Shown here piece after piece: positions 38,127 to 48,080 of a stretch of 64,000 nucleotides of DNA. The stretch's first letter is position 1. Each line of letters starts with the position of its first letter. This DNA comes from a virus (Duplodnaviria > Caudoviricetes). The notes under the pieces were generated by a model. That model saw only the letters and a list, made by a program, of their open reading frames with translations. It ran no database searches and was not told the DNA's origin. Position numbers and translations under genes: made by a program. The stretch is taken from positions 96,001-160,000 of IMG/VR virus record IMGVR_UViG_3300029288_000057; one strand, given 5' to 3'.

Positions 38127-38603
38127 TTACCAAACTACTGTTCCTAATCCTAAGTTGCCAGAATAGTTTCTAACTGACTTTGGCATTGACCTTTTAAATA
38201 TTTTTTCCAAATCCATCGTGTGGTCTCCACCCACCATTCTGTTTGTTGCATTTGATGGCATGTCCTGGTCTGGCATGATTTCGTTAGTGTCATCTATAAT
38301 TTCGTCCAATTCCTTAACTTTAACCTCTTCCGAAGAACTAAAAAAATCTTTAAGGTAATCTTTGAATAGCGTCGACGCTTTTTCCTGCCCTTTTTGGTTT
38401 AACCATTTTTTAAAATCAGTTAATTTAGCTAAAAAAGAATATTTTTTATTATAAGTTGTAAGAAAATCAATTTTTATATAATCATCATTCTTTTCGAAAT
38501 CTATATCTAGCACTTTGGATATTGTGTCTGCCTTGATATAGGTGAAGTTTTCATCTTTTTCGCTCTCAGATTCTAACAAAAAGTTTTTTATACTGTTCTT
38601 CAT
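38127..38603 (-). CDS. Hypothetical late protein
   Basis: Late box at 38618-38625; FLLE leader. Confidence 0.55.
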   Translation of the reverse strand: MKNSIKNFLLESESEKDENFTYIKADTISKVLDIDFEKNDDYIKIDFLTTYNKKYSFLAKLTDFKKWLNQKGQEKASTLFKDYLKDFFSSSEEVKVKELDEIIDDTNEIMPDQDMPSNATNRMVGGDHTMDLEKIFKRSMPKSVRNYSGNLGLGTVVW

Positions 38604-38663
38604 TATAAATGTTTTATAATAAATAGCATAAAATTCTTTTTTTTGGGTAAAAACTAATTGCAG

Positions 38664-40745
38664 TTACTCGTTTTGTAACTTTAAATCCTTGATGGGTCTG
38701 TAAGATATGTCCTTGGTTGTAAGAAATTCCATTAATAATCTTTTAAACCTATCGGAACCAGGTTTGTTGGCAAATCCTTTTACTTGATGAAATTCTAACC
38801 CATTAATACTATCGAATGTGAATCCGATTGTAAATCTTATAAGCTCGTCTGCTGGTAAGTTTTTTGTTCTGTCAAATACCTGCCCAATAACATAAGACTC
38901 GGTAATAACCTTTTTTGAGTAAGACGATGCGCTGTGTTTCATTTGCACACCTTCTGTTATAAGCATTGCAGGAGTAGCTATTAGTTTAAATTCAAGAGGT
39001 CCGTCGTAATCTTCTCTACTTTCTAAGAATTTAAATCTTTCTGCAAAGCTTTTAAATTTAGCATTCTTTTCCTTATCGGCCACAACGTTAAAATATTTAA
39101 CCAGATTGTCGTGATAGTCTCTAAGCTCGTTGAATGTTTTGATTTTATTAAATTCTCTTCTGGGGTCAAACTCTAAAACCTCCATCATCATTACGCTATC
39201 ATCATAATAAACAAATTCAAACTTATTCACGTATGAATAGTCTATTACAAGATTTTCAACATTAAGTGTTGGTTTATAATTTAAAGTTTCACGCATTGCG
39301 TAATCTTTTATTATCGTTATAATTCTTTCAAACTCTTTAAAGTCGACTGTATCTCTGAAGTAAATTAAATCGATGACTCTGATTAACAATTCTAAATCAT
39401 ATTTTTGCAGCAATGTTATTATTTGATGCTTATCGTAAAATTTAAAATATTTTAACAGCTGTTTATAGTCTGAGAAATTATTAATGCTTTTGTATATGAA
39501 TTTTGAAGCGTTCGCATCGTTTGATATTTCCATTACCTTAAATTTGTTGGCGCTGGAATCATGTAAAACTTTGCTTTTATAGTCATCGTTTTCTTTATAT
39601 TTAATTTTCATTTCTTTCTCTTCACCAGTATCTATAACCTCAAACGCTTTTGCTTCCTGCATTTTATCAGAATCGTCAGTTTCTATCTTTATCATTTGAC
39701 TAGATTTGAAAAGGAATTCATGGACTTCTCTGTTGTCTTCATTCACCTCTTCGTTTATCTTTTTGATATAATTGCTGACAAGATAATTAAATATTGGGAT
39801 TGGAGATGTTAAACTTTCTTCTTTAAGCTTATTACAGCTAGGAATATCACACTCTTTCATTAAATCATATAAAAACTTACACCCCTTAGTCAATGCTATT
39901 GTAGATAGATTAGAATATTTTATGATACCAAAAAATATAGAAACAACCTTTTTGATAGAGTCAAGGCCAGCATGATTAAATCTATTTCTCACCTCATTCA
40001 ACAGCTCTTGTACGACATTTGTGTTGTTTACGTCTATGACATATTTTGCAAGCTTGCTGATATACACTTGAAGATAGTAAAGATTATATATATTAGAGAT
40101 TTCTTCTGAAAATATGTTATCTGTTGCTTTTGTAATCATATCCAAATCAATCTCGACCTCATCGACATCAATGTCTTTGAAATATATTGTATTCGTTTTT
40201 ATGTTGTATTTTATATATTTTTGAAGGGTCTCAAAGTCAAGAGTGTAATCGTTGGCTTCTTTTTTTATATTTGGCTTTACTTTTTCATAATACAGGAATA
40301 GTTCATCGTCTGTTTCAAAAAAGTTATACCCTGATATAAAAAAAGAATTATCTATAACCATTTTCTTCTGATTTTCTAATGTTGCAAAGTTTTTATCACA
40401 TGCACAACACCTAATGCCAAAATCTTCTTCTGATAATTTTATGCTTTTAATTAAATCCGCAAAATCATCTTCACCTTCGGGTAAAGGCAACAGTTTGTTG
40501 GTAGCATCTTCTTCAGCTGCGAGAAGCCCAATTGATGTCGGGTCTTTTTTTGGAAACAAATACTCTACTTTCTCATGTTCTGGTGCCTCTTTTAATTCTT
40601 TTTGTACGGCGATTTCATTTTCGAGTTTTTTTTCAGTTTCTGTTATACCACCACAGTTGCAAAAATACACTTCTTTTCCTTCTTTTTGGTCTTCAAACAA
40701 AAATGAATATTCTTTTTTAATTTCTTCTATATTTAAAACCTGCAT
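38664..40745 (-). CDS. Large PcfJ-like protein
   Basis: N-terminal CNCG/CCAC; C-terminal YHD, EGVQMKHSASSY, QVKGFAN; TATATTTG at 40759-40766. Confidence 0.65.
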   Translation of the reverse strand: MQVLNIEEIKKEYSFLFEDQKEGKEVYFCNCGGITETEKKLENEIAVQKELKEAPEHEKVEYLFPKKDPTSIGLLAAEEDATNKLLPLPEGEDDFADLIKSIKLSEEDFGIRCCACDKNFATLENQKKMVIDNSFFISGYNFFETDDELFLYYEKVKPNIKKEANDYTLDFETLQKYIKYNIKTNTIYFKDIDVDEVEIDLDMITKATDNIFSEEISNIYNLYYLQVYISKLAKYVIDVNNTNVVQELLNEVRNRFNHAGLDSIKKVVSIFFGIIKYSNLSTIALTKGCKFLYDLMKECDIPSCNKLKEESLTSPIPIFNYLVSNYIKKINEEVNEDNREVHEFLFKSSQMIKIETDDSDKMQEAKAFEVIDTGEEKEMKIKYKENDDYKSKVLHDSSANKFKVMEISNDANASKFIYKSINNFSDYKQLLKYFKFYDKHQIITLLQKYDLELLIRVIDLIYFRDTVDFKEFERIITIIKDYAMRETLNYKPTLNVENLVIDYSYVNKFEFVYYDDSVMMMEVLEFDPRREFNKIKTFNELRDYHDNLVKYFNVVADKEKNAKFKSFAERFKFLESREDYDGPLEFKLIATPAMLITEGVQMKHSASSYSKKVITESYVIGQVFDRTKNLPADELIRFTIGFTFDSINGLEFHQVKGFANKPGSDRFKRLLMEFLTTKDISYRPIKDLKLQNE

Positions 40746-40773
40746 TTTGTTTTTGTTTCAAATATAGTAAAAC

Positions 40774-40810
40774 AAAAAAAAAGAGTCAAGATTAAACCTG
40801 ACTCTTTTTT
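40774..40810. terminator. Terminator hairpin
   Basis: aaaagagtca...tgactctttt. Confidence 0.7.
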
Positions 40811-40826
40811 GTTTATTTGGGTGTAA

Positions 40827-41549
40827 TTAAATAATCTTTGATATTCTCAGAGCTTCTTTTTTGATGAACTCCAACATTTCTGTTTTGTTTTTAAAGCTTT
40901 CTGGAAGTTGTATTGTTTTTATAGAATCTCTTAGTTTTTGTTCAACTTCATCTTTTTCATTTTCAGCTGCTTTATTAACATCTTTATCAACTTGGCCTTT
41001 GGAAAATCCATCTTTTGAGATTTCTCCCTGTCCAAGAACTTGTGTCATTGGCTTTTCTGTCTTATCTTCTTTGTCCTCTTTGTTCATTTCTACATCATTG
41101 TCTTTTTTACCAGGAACTCCGCCTTCTTTAGTTGGGTCTGCTTCTTTTGAAACATTGGGCTGAGTCTTCTTGCTAGTAACATCAGGCTTTACTTGTCCTT
41201 TAACATAAGGGTTGGTTTCAGTTTCACCCTTTTCTGTCTTTGTGCCTTCTATTTTAGCTGCTGTGGCAATTTCCTCATCATGACCGTCGTCTCTTTCTTC
41301 CATTTTCACATCAATCGGGTCTTTTGATGTTTTAAATTCTTTAGGAACATCAACTGGGGCTGCTGTTTTTGTTTTTCCAGTTGCTTCAACCTGCGCTCCA
41401 GTAGAGTCTTTGGAACCGTCATTCTTGTTCATTTTCAAATCAGTTGGGATTCCAAGATTTTGTATTTTTTCTTCTTTAAGAACTTTACGAGCTTCAGTTT
41501 CTACGTATTTCGCAAATTCTGCTTTGTTTTTGAATTTAATAGTGTTCAT
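40827..41549 (-). CDS. Charged, disordered late protein with similar N- and C-terminal helices
   Basis: FKNKAEF..YVETEA and FKNKTEM..FIKKEA; late box at 41565-41572. Confidence 0.6.
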   Translation of the reverse strand: MNTIKFKNKAEFAKYVETEARKVLKEEKIQNLGIPTDLKMNKNDGSKDSTGAQVEATGKTKTAAPVDVPKEFKTSKDPIDVKMEERDDGHDEEIATAAKIEGTKTEKGETETNPYVKGQVKPDVTSKKTQPNVSKEADPTKEGGVPGKKDNDVEMNKEDKEDKTEKPMTQVLGQGEISKDGFSKGQVDKDVNKAAENEKDEVEQKLRDSIKTIQLPESFKNKTEMLEFIKKEALRISKII

Positions 41550-41677
41550 ATAAGTTAATTTTTATATAAATAGATAATAAAACAAAAAAATCGAAGAACA
41601 TAAAAAAAATTTTTAAAAAATACATAAAATAATGCCAAACTCTTTTGAAATTGGTAAAAAAATGCTATATTTGCAGT

Positions 41678-42187
41678 ATGAAAGAAAATGATAGAATATA
41701 CAATTTGTTTGTGTCTAATAATTTGCCAGAAGAGTTTTTTATTTCTCAATATGGACAAAAATTATTTGATTCTCTTAAAAACGAAGCTTTTGCAACTGAT
41801 AAAGGAAAGTGCGCTGCATGTGGACACGAGCCCCCAGAACATAGAAAAAAAGATTGTTTGTTCTTTCACTTGTATGAAGTACACAAGAAAAACCCAGGAA
41901 CTTCTAAGGGGGTAACGCTATGTAAGGCGTGTCACGCAACACAACATATCGAAGATTCCATAGGAAAAAAGTGGGTTGTATTTGCCAATTCCATTCATGA
42001 CCAAAACAATATAATACGATTAACCAGAGCAAATCAAATATATGGTGCATTGGCTCAAAGAGAAATAGTGCAATTAAAAAAGACTCCAGAGCAATTCTTA
42101 AAGGAGTGGTTTGCTGGAGAAGTTAAGTTTACCCCTACATTAAAGGTAATTTTTACAAACAACTTTATGATTGATGACTTGTATTAG
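41678..42187 (+). CDS. HNH-like Zn-binding nuclease
   Basis: CAACG ... H.YE ... LCKACHATQH; TATATTTG at 41666-41673. Confidence 0.6.
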   Translation: MKENDRIYNLFVSNNLPEEFFISQYGQKLFDSLKNEAFATDKGKCAACGHEPPEHRKKDCLFFHLYEVHKKNPGTSKGVTLCKACHATQHIEDSIGKKWVVFANSIHDQNNIIRLTRANQIYGALAQREIVQLKKTPEQFLKEWFAGEVKFTPTLKVIFTNNFMIDDLY

Positions 42188-43193
42188 TCTTAATGTTTAC
42201 TTTTTTTAGTTGAAAGAATTCATTATCGATTTTTACAACATTTTGTTTTGCACTGACTACTTCAAAAACCTTTTTCTTTTTCTGAGACTCAACATATTCT
42301 TTTAATACTTTTCTAATGGTGTCTTCAGCTATTCTTTTAGCAATAGCCTCTATTGTTGGTTTTAAAGTCGACAAATCATATCCACTGGGCTTCTGTTGAT
42401 TTTTCATCATAGTTTCCATCATCAACATCATTTGTTGCATTTGGCCTGAATTGTCAGTTTGAAAAACTTGTGGTGTTTGTTGTCTTTGGGGAAGTTCTAA
42501 GTTTACTCCTTTTTCTGCTGCTTTTGCTTTTAAGTGAGCAACTGGGTCAAATGTTGGACCTATGTTTGAATAATTTTCATCAGTTTGAATTAAATCTCCT
42601 TGTGGAACACCATTTCCAGAAGAGCGCATGCTTATTCCTGGAGCTCTATCTGTAAACATACTTTCAAGAGCATCTGCTTCTGGGTTTTTAGGAGCATTAT
42701 ATTGTTGTACTGGTACTGCAGTTTTCGACCTTTCTTGTGGCTGTCCAGGTCTTACTGGTTTTCTTCCGACCTTTGGTACTGGGATTTGGTTACCATTTGA
42801 CCCGTGTGATTCTGCTTTTATAAAAGTTTTAAACTCTTGTTTTTTTGCGCCTTTTCTGATTGCGTCTAAAGCATTAAATTTATCTCTTGGTGCCGTGTAT
42901 AAAGCATTTTGTCTCATTGCTCTTTCTTCTGCCAATTGAATTTGGATTTGCTGCGCAACGTTGGATTCATTTGGTATTTCAACATTTGTTGGCTTTTGTG
43001 GAGCTTCATTCTGTGGCTCGTAAGACTCTTCAACAACCTGGACTGGCGCTTTATAAACCCTTTGTGTTGGCATATTTTCTACGGGGATATCTACTATTTG
43101 CCCTGCGGCTGCAGGAAGTCCCATTGCCTGAAAGCGTAGAGCCTTTTGCTGTTTCAGTCTCTCAAGTTGAGCTGGTGTTAATTCTTGTCCCAT
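42165..43193 (-). CDS. Pro/Gln-rich low-complexity protein
   Basis: 342-aa ORF with biased composition. Confidence 0.6.
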   Translation of the reverse strand: MGQELTPAQLERLKQQKALRFQAMGLPAAAGQIVDIPVENMPTQRVYKAPVQVVEESYEPQNEAPQKPTNVEIPNESNVAQQIQIQLAEERAMRQNALYTAPRDKFNALDAIRKGAKKQEFKTFIKAESHGSNGNQIPVPKVGRKPVRPGQPQERSKTAVPVQQYNAPKNPEADALESMFTDRAPGISMRSSGNGVPQGDLIQTDENYSNIGPTFDPVAHLKAKAAEKGVNLELPQRQQTPQVFQTDNSGQMQQMMLMMETMMKNQQKPSGYDLSTLKPTIEAIAKRIAEDTIRKVLKEYVESQKKKKVFEVVSAKQNVVKIDNEFFQLKKVNIKTNTSHQS

Positions 43194-43206
43194 AATTTAT
43201 TTCTTT

Positions 43207-43527
43207 TTATAGTTTTCTGATATCACTAATTTCATAATCATGGAGAAATTTTATCTTCTTCTCTTTTATTAAATATTTCAATTTTTCTAATTCTTCTTCT
43301 AACATTTCAACTTTAAGTGTTAAAATCATTTTGTTCCTTTCAAATTTCCTAAATTTTATCTTTTCGCTAACCATTTCTGCAACCATTTTTTTTAAATCTA
43401 TATAGCTTTCTTGCTCTATAAAAGAATAACTTACACTTTCTCCATAATATTCTTCAAAACGATTCATTGAATGGCTATACTTAATGTCTAGCAAGTAAAT
43501 CTGTGTGTCTTTCCTATTTTTTATCAT
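43207..43527 (-). CDS. Hypothetical protein
   Basis: Start set at MIKNRK. Confidence 0.5.
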   Translation of the reverse strand: MIKNRKDTQIYLLDIKYSHSMNRFEEYYGESVSYSFIEQESYIDLKKMVAEMVSEKIKFRKFERNKMILTLKVEMLEEELEKLKYLIKEKKIKFLHDYEISDIRKL

Positions 43528-43804
43528 ATTTAAAAATTTTAGCTTCTTTTTCTTCTTTATCCCACCAAACATAGAAGGTTGTGTTTCTACAAGAGTTTAA
43601 AAAAAACAAACGCTCTATATATTTTTTTTGTTTAATTTTTTTAAACCTACCTTCAAGCTTGTTTTTTTCTTTAACAATATATTCATCCTCTGACTTAATG
43701 TTGTTAAGAATCTTTTTTGCATCTTCACATTCCTTAGAAAAAAAGTGAAAAATCTCTTCTTTAAAAAGGGCTTGATTGTCTATTATTTGTTGAGTTGTAT
43801 GCAT
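43514..43804 (-). CDS. Hypothetical protein
   Basis: Packed ORF. Confidence 0.5.
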   Translation of the reverse strand: MHTTQQIIDNQALFKEEIFHFFSKECEDAKKILNNIKSEDEYIVKEKNKLEGRFKKIKQKKYIERLFFLNSCRNTTFYVWWDKEEKEAKIFKYDKK

Positions 43805-43858
43805 ATAAAGAAAATATAGTCCTTAAAAAGAACAAATTAAATAGTTATTTGATTTATG

Positions 43859-44533
43859 TTAAACCGCAGGAGTTGCTGGAGCGGGAGCAGCAGGTGGCGG
43901 AGTGGACGCCGCCATAGGTGCAACTTCTGGAGTCGTTGGGGCTACATCGGTGGCATCTTGTGTTGGATTTATAATCTCATTAAATTTTTTCTTAAAAATT
44001 TCTTCGTATAGATTTAAAATTTTGTCAAAAGTGTCCTTCGATTCTTTGCTAATCTCAAAGCCTTTTAACTTTCCGCCTTGAATAGCGCTTTTTATTATAA
44101 CCCCATTTAATAATGACATTGAGAATTTTATGGAGTCTTTTCCAACAGTTATAGTGCCAGAAGTGACTGCATCCTTTTGTCCATTTTTTACGGGAAAATC
44201 TACAATTTGGCCATTTTGTCCAGGTCCAATTTGTTTATCAAAAGATATTCCAGGAAAACGGTTTTTGAATTCTTTTTGAAACTGGTCGAGTTCGTTGGTT
44301 GTTATTTTGGGATTTTCAGAAGATTCATGTAGTCTTAATTTATAACTCATTTCATCTTCATCTCTGCCAAACAAAGCATCATGGGCGTCTTGAGCTCTCT
44401 GAGATTTAGTTTTTGTAAGCTCTTCTTGCTTCGCTTGCAATCTTGCTGGCATTTGTCTTATCTCATCATAAACTACTTCGTCTATGGATTGTTTTATTAC
44501 TTCTAATACTTTTTTTCTTTCGATTTCGTCCAT
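43859..44533 (-). CDS. Late protein with Pro/Ala tail
   Basis: Operon below late box 44846-44853. Confidence 0.6.
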   Translation of the reverse strand: MDEIERKKVLEVIKQSIDEVVYDEIRQMPARLQAKQEELTKTKSQRAQDAHDALFGRDEDEMSYKLRLHESSENPKITTNELDQFQKEFKNRFPGISFDKQIGPGQNGQIVDFPVKNGQKDAVTSGTITVGKDSIKFSMSLLNGVIIKSAIQGGKLKGFEISKESKDTFDKILNLYEEIFKKKFNEIINPTQDATDVAPTTPEVAPMAASTPPPAAPAPATPAV

Positions 44534-44535
44534 AA

Positions 44536-44829
44536 TTATAATTCGTTAAAATAAGATGTTAAAAATTTCGATTTTTCCCAATTAAACCTATTTTGTCTAA
44601 CAAAAGCTTTAATCATTAAATCCTTTACCTGCTGTTTTGTCATGGATTTTTCATTCAAGGCATCAATCTCCTTTTTTAAAGATGTTAAAAACTCTTGCTT
44701 TTGAGTCTTCTCGCTGTCTCTAATAGCTTTAAGAATTTGTTTTTCAAAATCATCCCTTTGTTTCTTAAGCTCTTTATCAATAGTATCTTTTATCATACTT
44801 CGAACTTTTGACTCATCATCCTTTGTCAT
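44536..44829 (-). CDS. Coiled-coil late protein
   Basis: VRSMIKD leader; late box upstream. Confidence 0.6.
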   Translation of the reverse strand: MTKDDESKVRSMIKDTIDKELKKQRDDFEKQILKAIRDSEKTQKQEFLTSLKKEIDALNEKSMTKQQVKDLMIKAFVRQNRFNWEKSKFLTSYFNEL

Positions 44830-44893
44830 AAAAAATTCATTTCTTTATAAATATGTATTTTTTTCTAATGTTTCAAAGTAAAAAGTGTTTTTT

Positions 44894-44921
44894 TGTAACT
44901 TTTTTGCAAAAATTTCGTATA
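44894..44921 (+). promoter_or_regulatory. ECF-like promoter TGTAAC-N16-CGTATA
   Basis: Exact motif and spacer. Confidence 0.7.
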
Positions 44922-44952
44922 CTACACATAGAAACACATAAAAGAAATTATT

Positions 44953-45276
44953 ATGAAAACGAAAGACAAAATTTTTTGGAGAACTGTTCAGGTTATTTTA
45001 ATCGCAGTTAGAATTCTATTTAGTACGGGGGCTGCATTTTTTTGCAACTTCATTATTTTTATGTACCCCGTAATGTATACGGTGAACTTCTCAATTAAAG
45101 ACAACTTACTGTTTGTTGCAATTATGCTTATTGCTTATCCAATATTCTTTTTTTTAATGCACAAATATCTTCTAAAACACAAACTTCAGTCTTTGCATAA
45201 AATTATAGATGACCTTAGACGTGGTGTTAGGGAGAATTTTGAAATTGACAAAGAAAATCGTGAAAATCAAGAATAA
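44953..45276 (+). CDS. Two-TM membrane protein
   Basis: Hydrophobic helices; own promoter and terminator. Confidence 0.6.
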   Translation: MKTKDKIFWRTVQVILIAVRILFSTGAAFFCNFIIFMYPVMYTVNFSIKDNLLFVAIMLIAYPIFFFLMHKYLLKHKLQSLHKIIDDLRRGVRENFEIDKENRENQE

Positions 45277-45296
45277 CTTTCCTATAAAGAAATAAT

Positions 45297-45330
45297 AAAA
45301 AAAGGCCATATACACATATGGCCTTTTTTA
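45297..45330. terminator. Bidirectional terminator
   Basis: aaaaggccatat...atatggcctttt. Confidence 0.8.
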
Positions 45331-45345
45331 TATAAAATACTAAGT

Positions 45346-46074
45346 TTATCTTTGAGCTTGCCAGTGAGCAATAACATAAATAATACCAGCAATAAGAGCG
45401 CCCACCAAAGCTGCTGCTGCATAACCAGCTATTACTGTTGGAAGTCCAAATCCGCTTCCTGTTATAACTATCATAGCGCCAGCAGCAATAAATGCTCCGA
45501 CACCACCGATTCCAAGTAAGTTAGCAGCAAGATTGGCTGCCTTTTCAGCGCCAACGGCAAGTTGTTGTTTAGACAACCCTTTTCCCATAATTCCTTCTTC
45601 TGTAACTCCAGGAGCAGGGGTTGTGGTTCCAAAAGCTGATTTTACTGTGTTTTTTATATCATTATAAATTTCAGCATATGATTTATTTCCAAACTTTTGA
45701 GAAAGGGTTTGTACCGCTTGGTTAAATCCTTGTGGGTCTTTCGCTTGAACCTGTGATGCTATTGCCTGTTTTATTTTATTAAGGATATCTCCTACCCCTT
45801 CTTCGAGTGTTGTTGGTGCTGCGGCTGGTGCTGGAGCTATTTGAACTGCCGCCTGTGCCTGAATAGCTGCTTGTTTGTCTTGTGGGTCTGGAATTATGTT
45901 CATTATGTCATCTTCTTGCATAACAGAAACAACTTCATCTTCTTCTGCATATAACTCATTAAGTTGTTTAAGTATATTCTTTTTTTCTTCGTTTAAAGTA
46001 ATAAGTTTTTTAACTTTTACAGACTCTTCTTTAACTATCTGTTCGAATAAAGATTTTTTAATTATAATTTCCAT
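45346..46074 (-). CDS. Late protein with IVKEE leader and C-terminal hydrophobic hairpin
   Basis: Two Gly/Ala-rich TM-like helices; late box at 46095-46102. Confidence 0.6.
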   Translation of the reverse strand: MEIIIKKSLFEQIVKEESVKVKKLITLNEEKKNILKQLNELYAEEDEVVSVMQEDDIMNIIPDPQDKQAAIQAQAAVQIAPAPAAAPTTLEEGVGDILNKIKQAIASQVQAKDPQGFNQAVQTLSQKFGNKSYAEIYNDIKNTVKSAFGTTTPAPGVTEEGIMGKGLSKQQLAVGAEKAANLAANLLGIGGVGAFIAAGAMIVITGSGFGLPTVIAGYAAAALVGALIAGIIYVIAHWQAQR

Positions 46075-46133
46075 GGCAATTTTTTTTAGTTTCCTATAAA
46101 TATAGAAAAAAATAAAAAAATTGAGTATGCTTT

Positions 46134-48077
46134 CTATTTTTCTCTTATTCTTTTAAGAAGGTCTTTAAAAACACCCTCATCTATTGTTGTGCTTTCTTTC
46201 TTGTACTCTTTATTATCTAACGTTTTGGTTACAATGTACGCTTTATCATTTAACAATTCGCTTATATCCTCATCAATAGTATCTTGACAAATAAATGTTA
46301 TAATTTCTATTTTATCAGCTGTGGCACTTGCTCTATGGATTCTATCTTCTATTTGCTCTTCATCTGCTGGGCTCCATGCAAACCCTAATTTAATAAGCTT
46401 ACTTGCAGCGGTTAGTGTATTTCCGACCCCAGATGCTATAATCATCCCAGAGAATATTTTTATTTTTTTATCTTCCTGGAACCTGTCCACAGATTCTTGC
46501 TTGTCTTCGTTTGACATTTCCCCAGTATGTAATACTGCTATATCTCCAAAATATCGCACTATTTCTTCTGCCATTTCCATATAATCAGAAATAACTACCA
46601 CCTTTTCCCCACTGTCAATTATATCTTGTATCATCTCTTTGGCTCTGTCTATTTTAATCTTTCCAGTAAACATTTTGAGTTTATGAACTTTGGCCAAATA
46701 GGAATCTTTCTTTTCAATTTCCTTTCCATCAACTATTTCTTTTTTTACTTCATTTAAAAGCTTCTGGTATTCTGAATATTCTTTATCATCAAGCTCAATT
46801 GGTATTTCTAGATATGTTTTTTCTGGAAGCTCTTTTAAAACGTCTCGTTTTAATCTTCTGAGAAAATAAGAAGAAACTCTTGTAAACAGCTCTTCAAGAT
46901 TAGATGCTCCACTGTAATCCCAACCAAAATTATCCTGATATCCTGCCCCATATCTAACTCCAAATTCGTGGGAATTTTTCCATTCTTCTGGGAAAATAAA
47001 ATTTAGAGTGGAAAAAAACTCGAACGGCCTGCTTTTTATAACGGTACCAGATAATAAAATTTTCTTTGGAATGCATGAAAATGCTTTGTGAATAATTTTT
47101 GTCCATGTGGTCTTTAACTCCTTCATTCTATGACATTCATCAATAATTATTAAGTCATATTCTGAGGGGTCTATTGACTGGGAAAATCCATCTTGAAATG
47201 ATACCAGGCTGACGGCTCTTGATTTGACTTTTCCAGTGTTTTCGCAAATAGGACACTTTTTGTATTGTTTTGTAAGGTCAGTTTGTTCCCACGTACACTT
47301 TCCCATTCCACCTTTTGCCTGAAGCATATTTCCGCTGCACTTGTGATGATATTCAATTTTTATATATGATTCAATTGATTCATAGTTTGTGATGTGAAAT
47401 AAAGATTCTTCTTTCGAATATGCTATGGTTTTACTTTTCTTTTTAGGTTTAAATTTAAAAACAAATGCTTTTTCATTAGTGAATTTTAATATTTCTTTTC
47501 TCCACATCAGCTTTAATGACGCTGGACAAATTACCAAAGTTCTTAGTTTATATTTCACTGCATAAGCAAACGCTGGACACGTTTTCCCCACTCCAGGCTG
47601 GTCTCCAAGTATTGATACTCCGTTGTTTATTTCGAAAAACTTTACAGCCTTTTTTTGATATCCATAAGGCGGTATTTTCATGAAGGAATAGTCTTCTCCA
47701 GAAACGTCAAGCAATTCAGCTTTTAGTTTTAAAACTTCTGATATTTTCCTTTGTCTCTCAAGATATTCGTTTCTTAGTCTCTCTAAGACATCTTGGGTAA
47801 TGTTTTCAAAAGCAAAGTCTATTTTGTTGTCAATCATAAAAGTTAAAATCTCGCCCATTTTAGCTTCGCTTATGGTTCTTACCCACTCGTCTTTGGGGTT
47901 ACCATCCATTCCAACAACACTATCCTTTCTGGTGCGTCTATGCTCCTTTGGTAAACGTTTTATGTATTCGGTAAGAACTTTTAAATAGTTATACCTCAGC
48001 TCGAAGTTAACTATTAATTTTCTTATTTTTACAACATTAACTTCTTCAGTGTCCTTGTTTTTTTTTGTTTTTGCCAT
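46134..48077 (-). CDS. SNF2-family helicase/ATPase with Zn-ribbon insertion
   Basis: GDQPGVGKT, CPAS, DECH, LSGT, RRLK, GNTL, QIEDRIHR. Confidence 0.88.
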   Translation of the reverse strand: MAKTKKNKDTEEVNVVKIRKLIVNFELRYNYLKVLTEYIKRLPKEHRRTRKDSVVGMDGNPKDEWVRTISEAKMGEILTFMIDNKIDFAFENITQDVLERLRNEYLERQRKISEVLKLKAELLDVSGEDYSFMKIPPYGYQKKAVKFFEINNGVSILGDQPGVGKTCPAFAYAVKYKLRTLVICPASLKLMWRKEILKFTNEKAFVFKFKPKKKSKTIAYSKEESLFHITNYESIESYIKIEYHHKCSGNMLQAKGGMGKCTWEQTDLTKQYKKCPICENTGKVKSRAVSLVSFQDGFSQSIDPSEYDLIIIDECHRMKELKTTWTKIIHKAFSCIPKKILLSGTVIKSRPFEFFSTLNFIFPEEWKNSHEFGVRYGAGYQDNFGWDYSGASNLEELFTRVSSYFLRRLKRDVLKELPEKTYLEIPIELDDKEYSEYQKLLNEVKKEIVDGKEIEKKDSYLAKVHKLKMFTGKIKIDRAKEMIQDIIDSGEKVVVISDYMEMAEEIVRYFGDIAVLHTGEMSNEDKQESVDRFQEDKKIKIFSGMIIASGVGNTLTAASKLIKLGFAWSPADEEQIEDRIHRASATADKIEIITFICQDTIDEDISELLNDKAYIVTKTLDNKEYKKESTTIDEGVFKDLLKRIREK

Positions 48078-48080
48078 ATT

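Noticed and set aside
38121-38142. Ninth ECF-like promoter
   Set aside because: CGTATA is present but AAC is 13 nt away rather than 16
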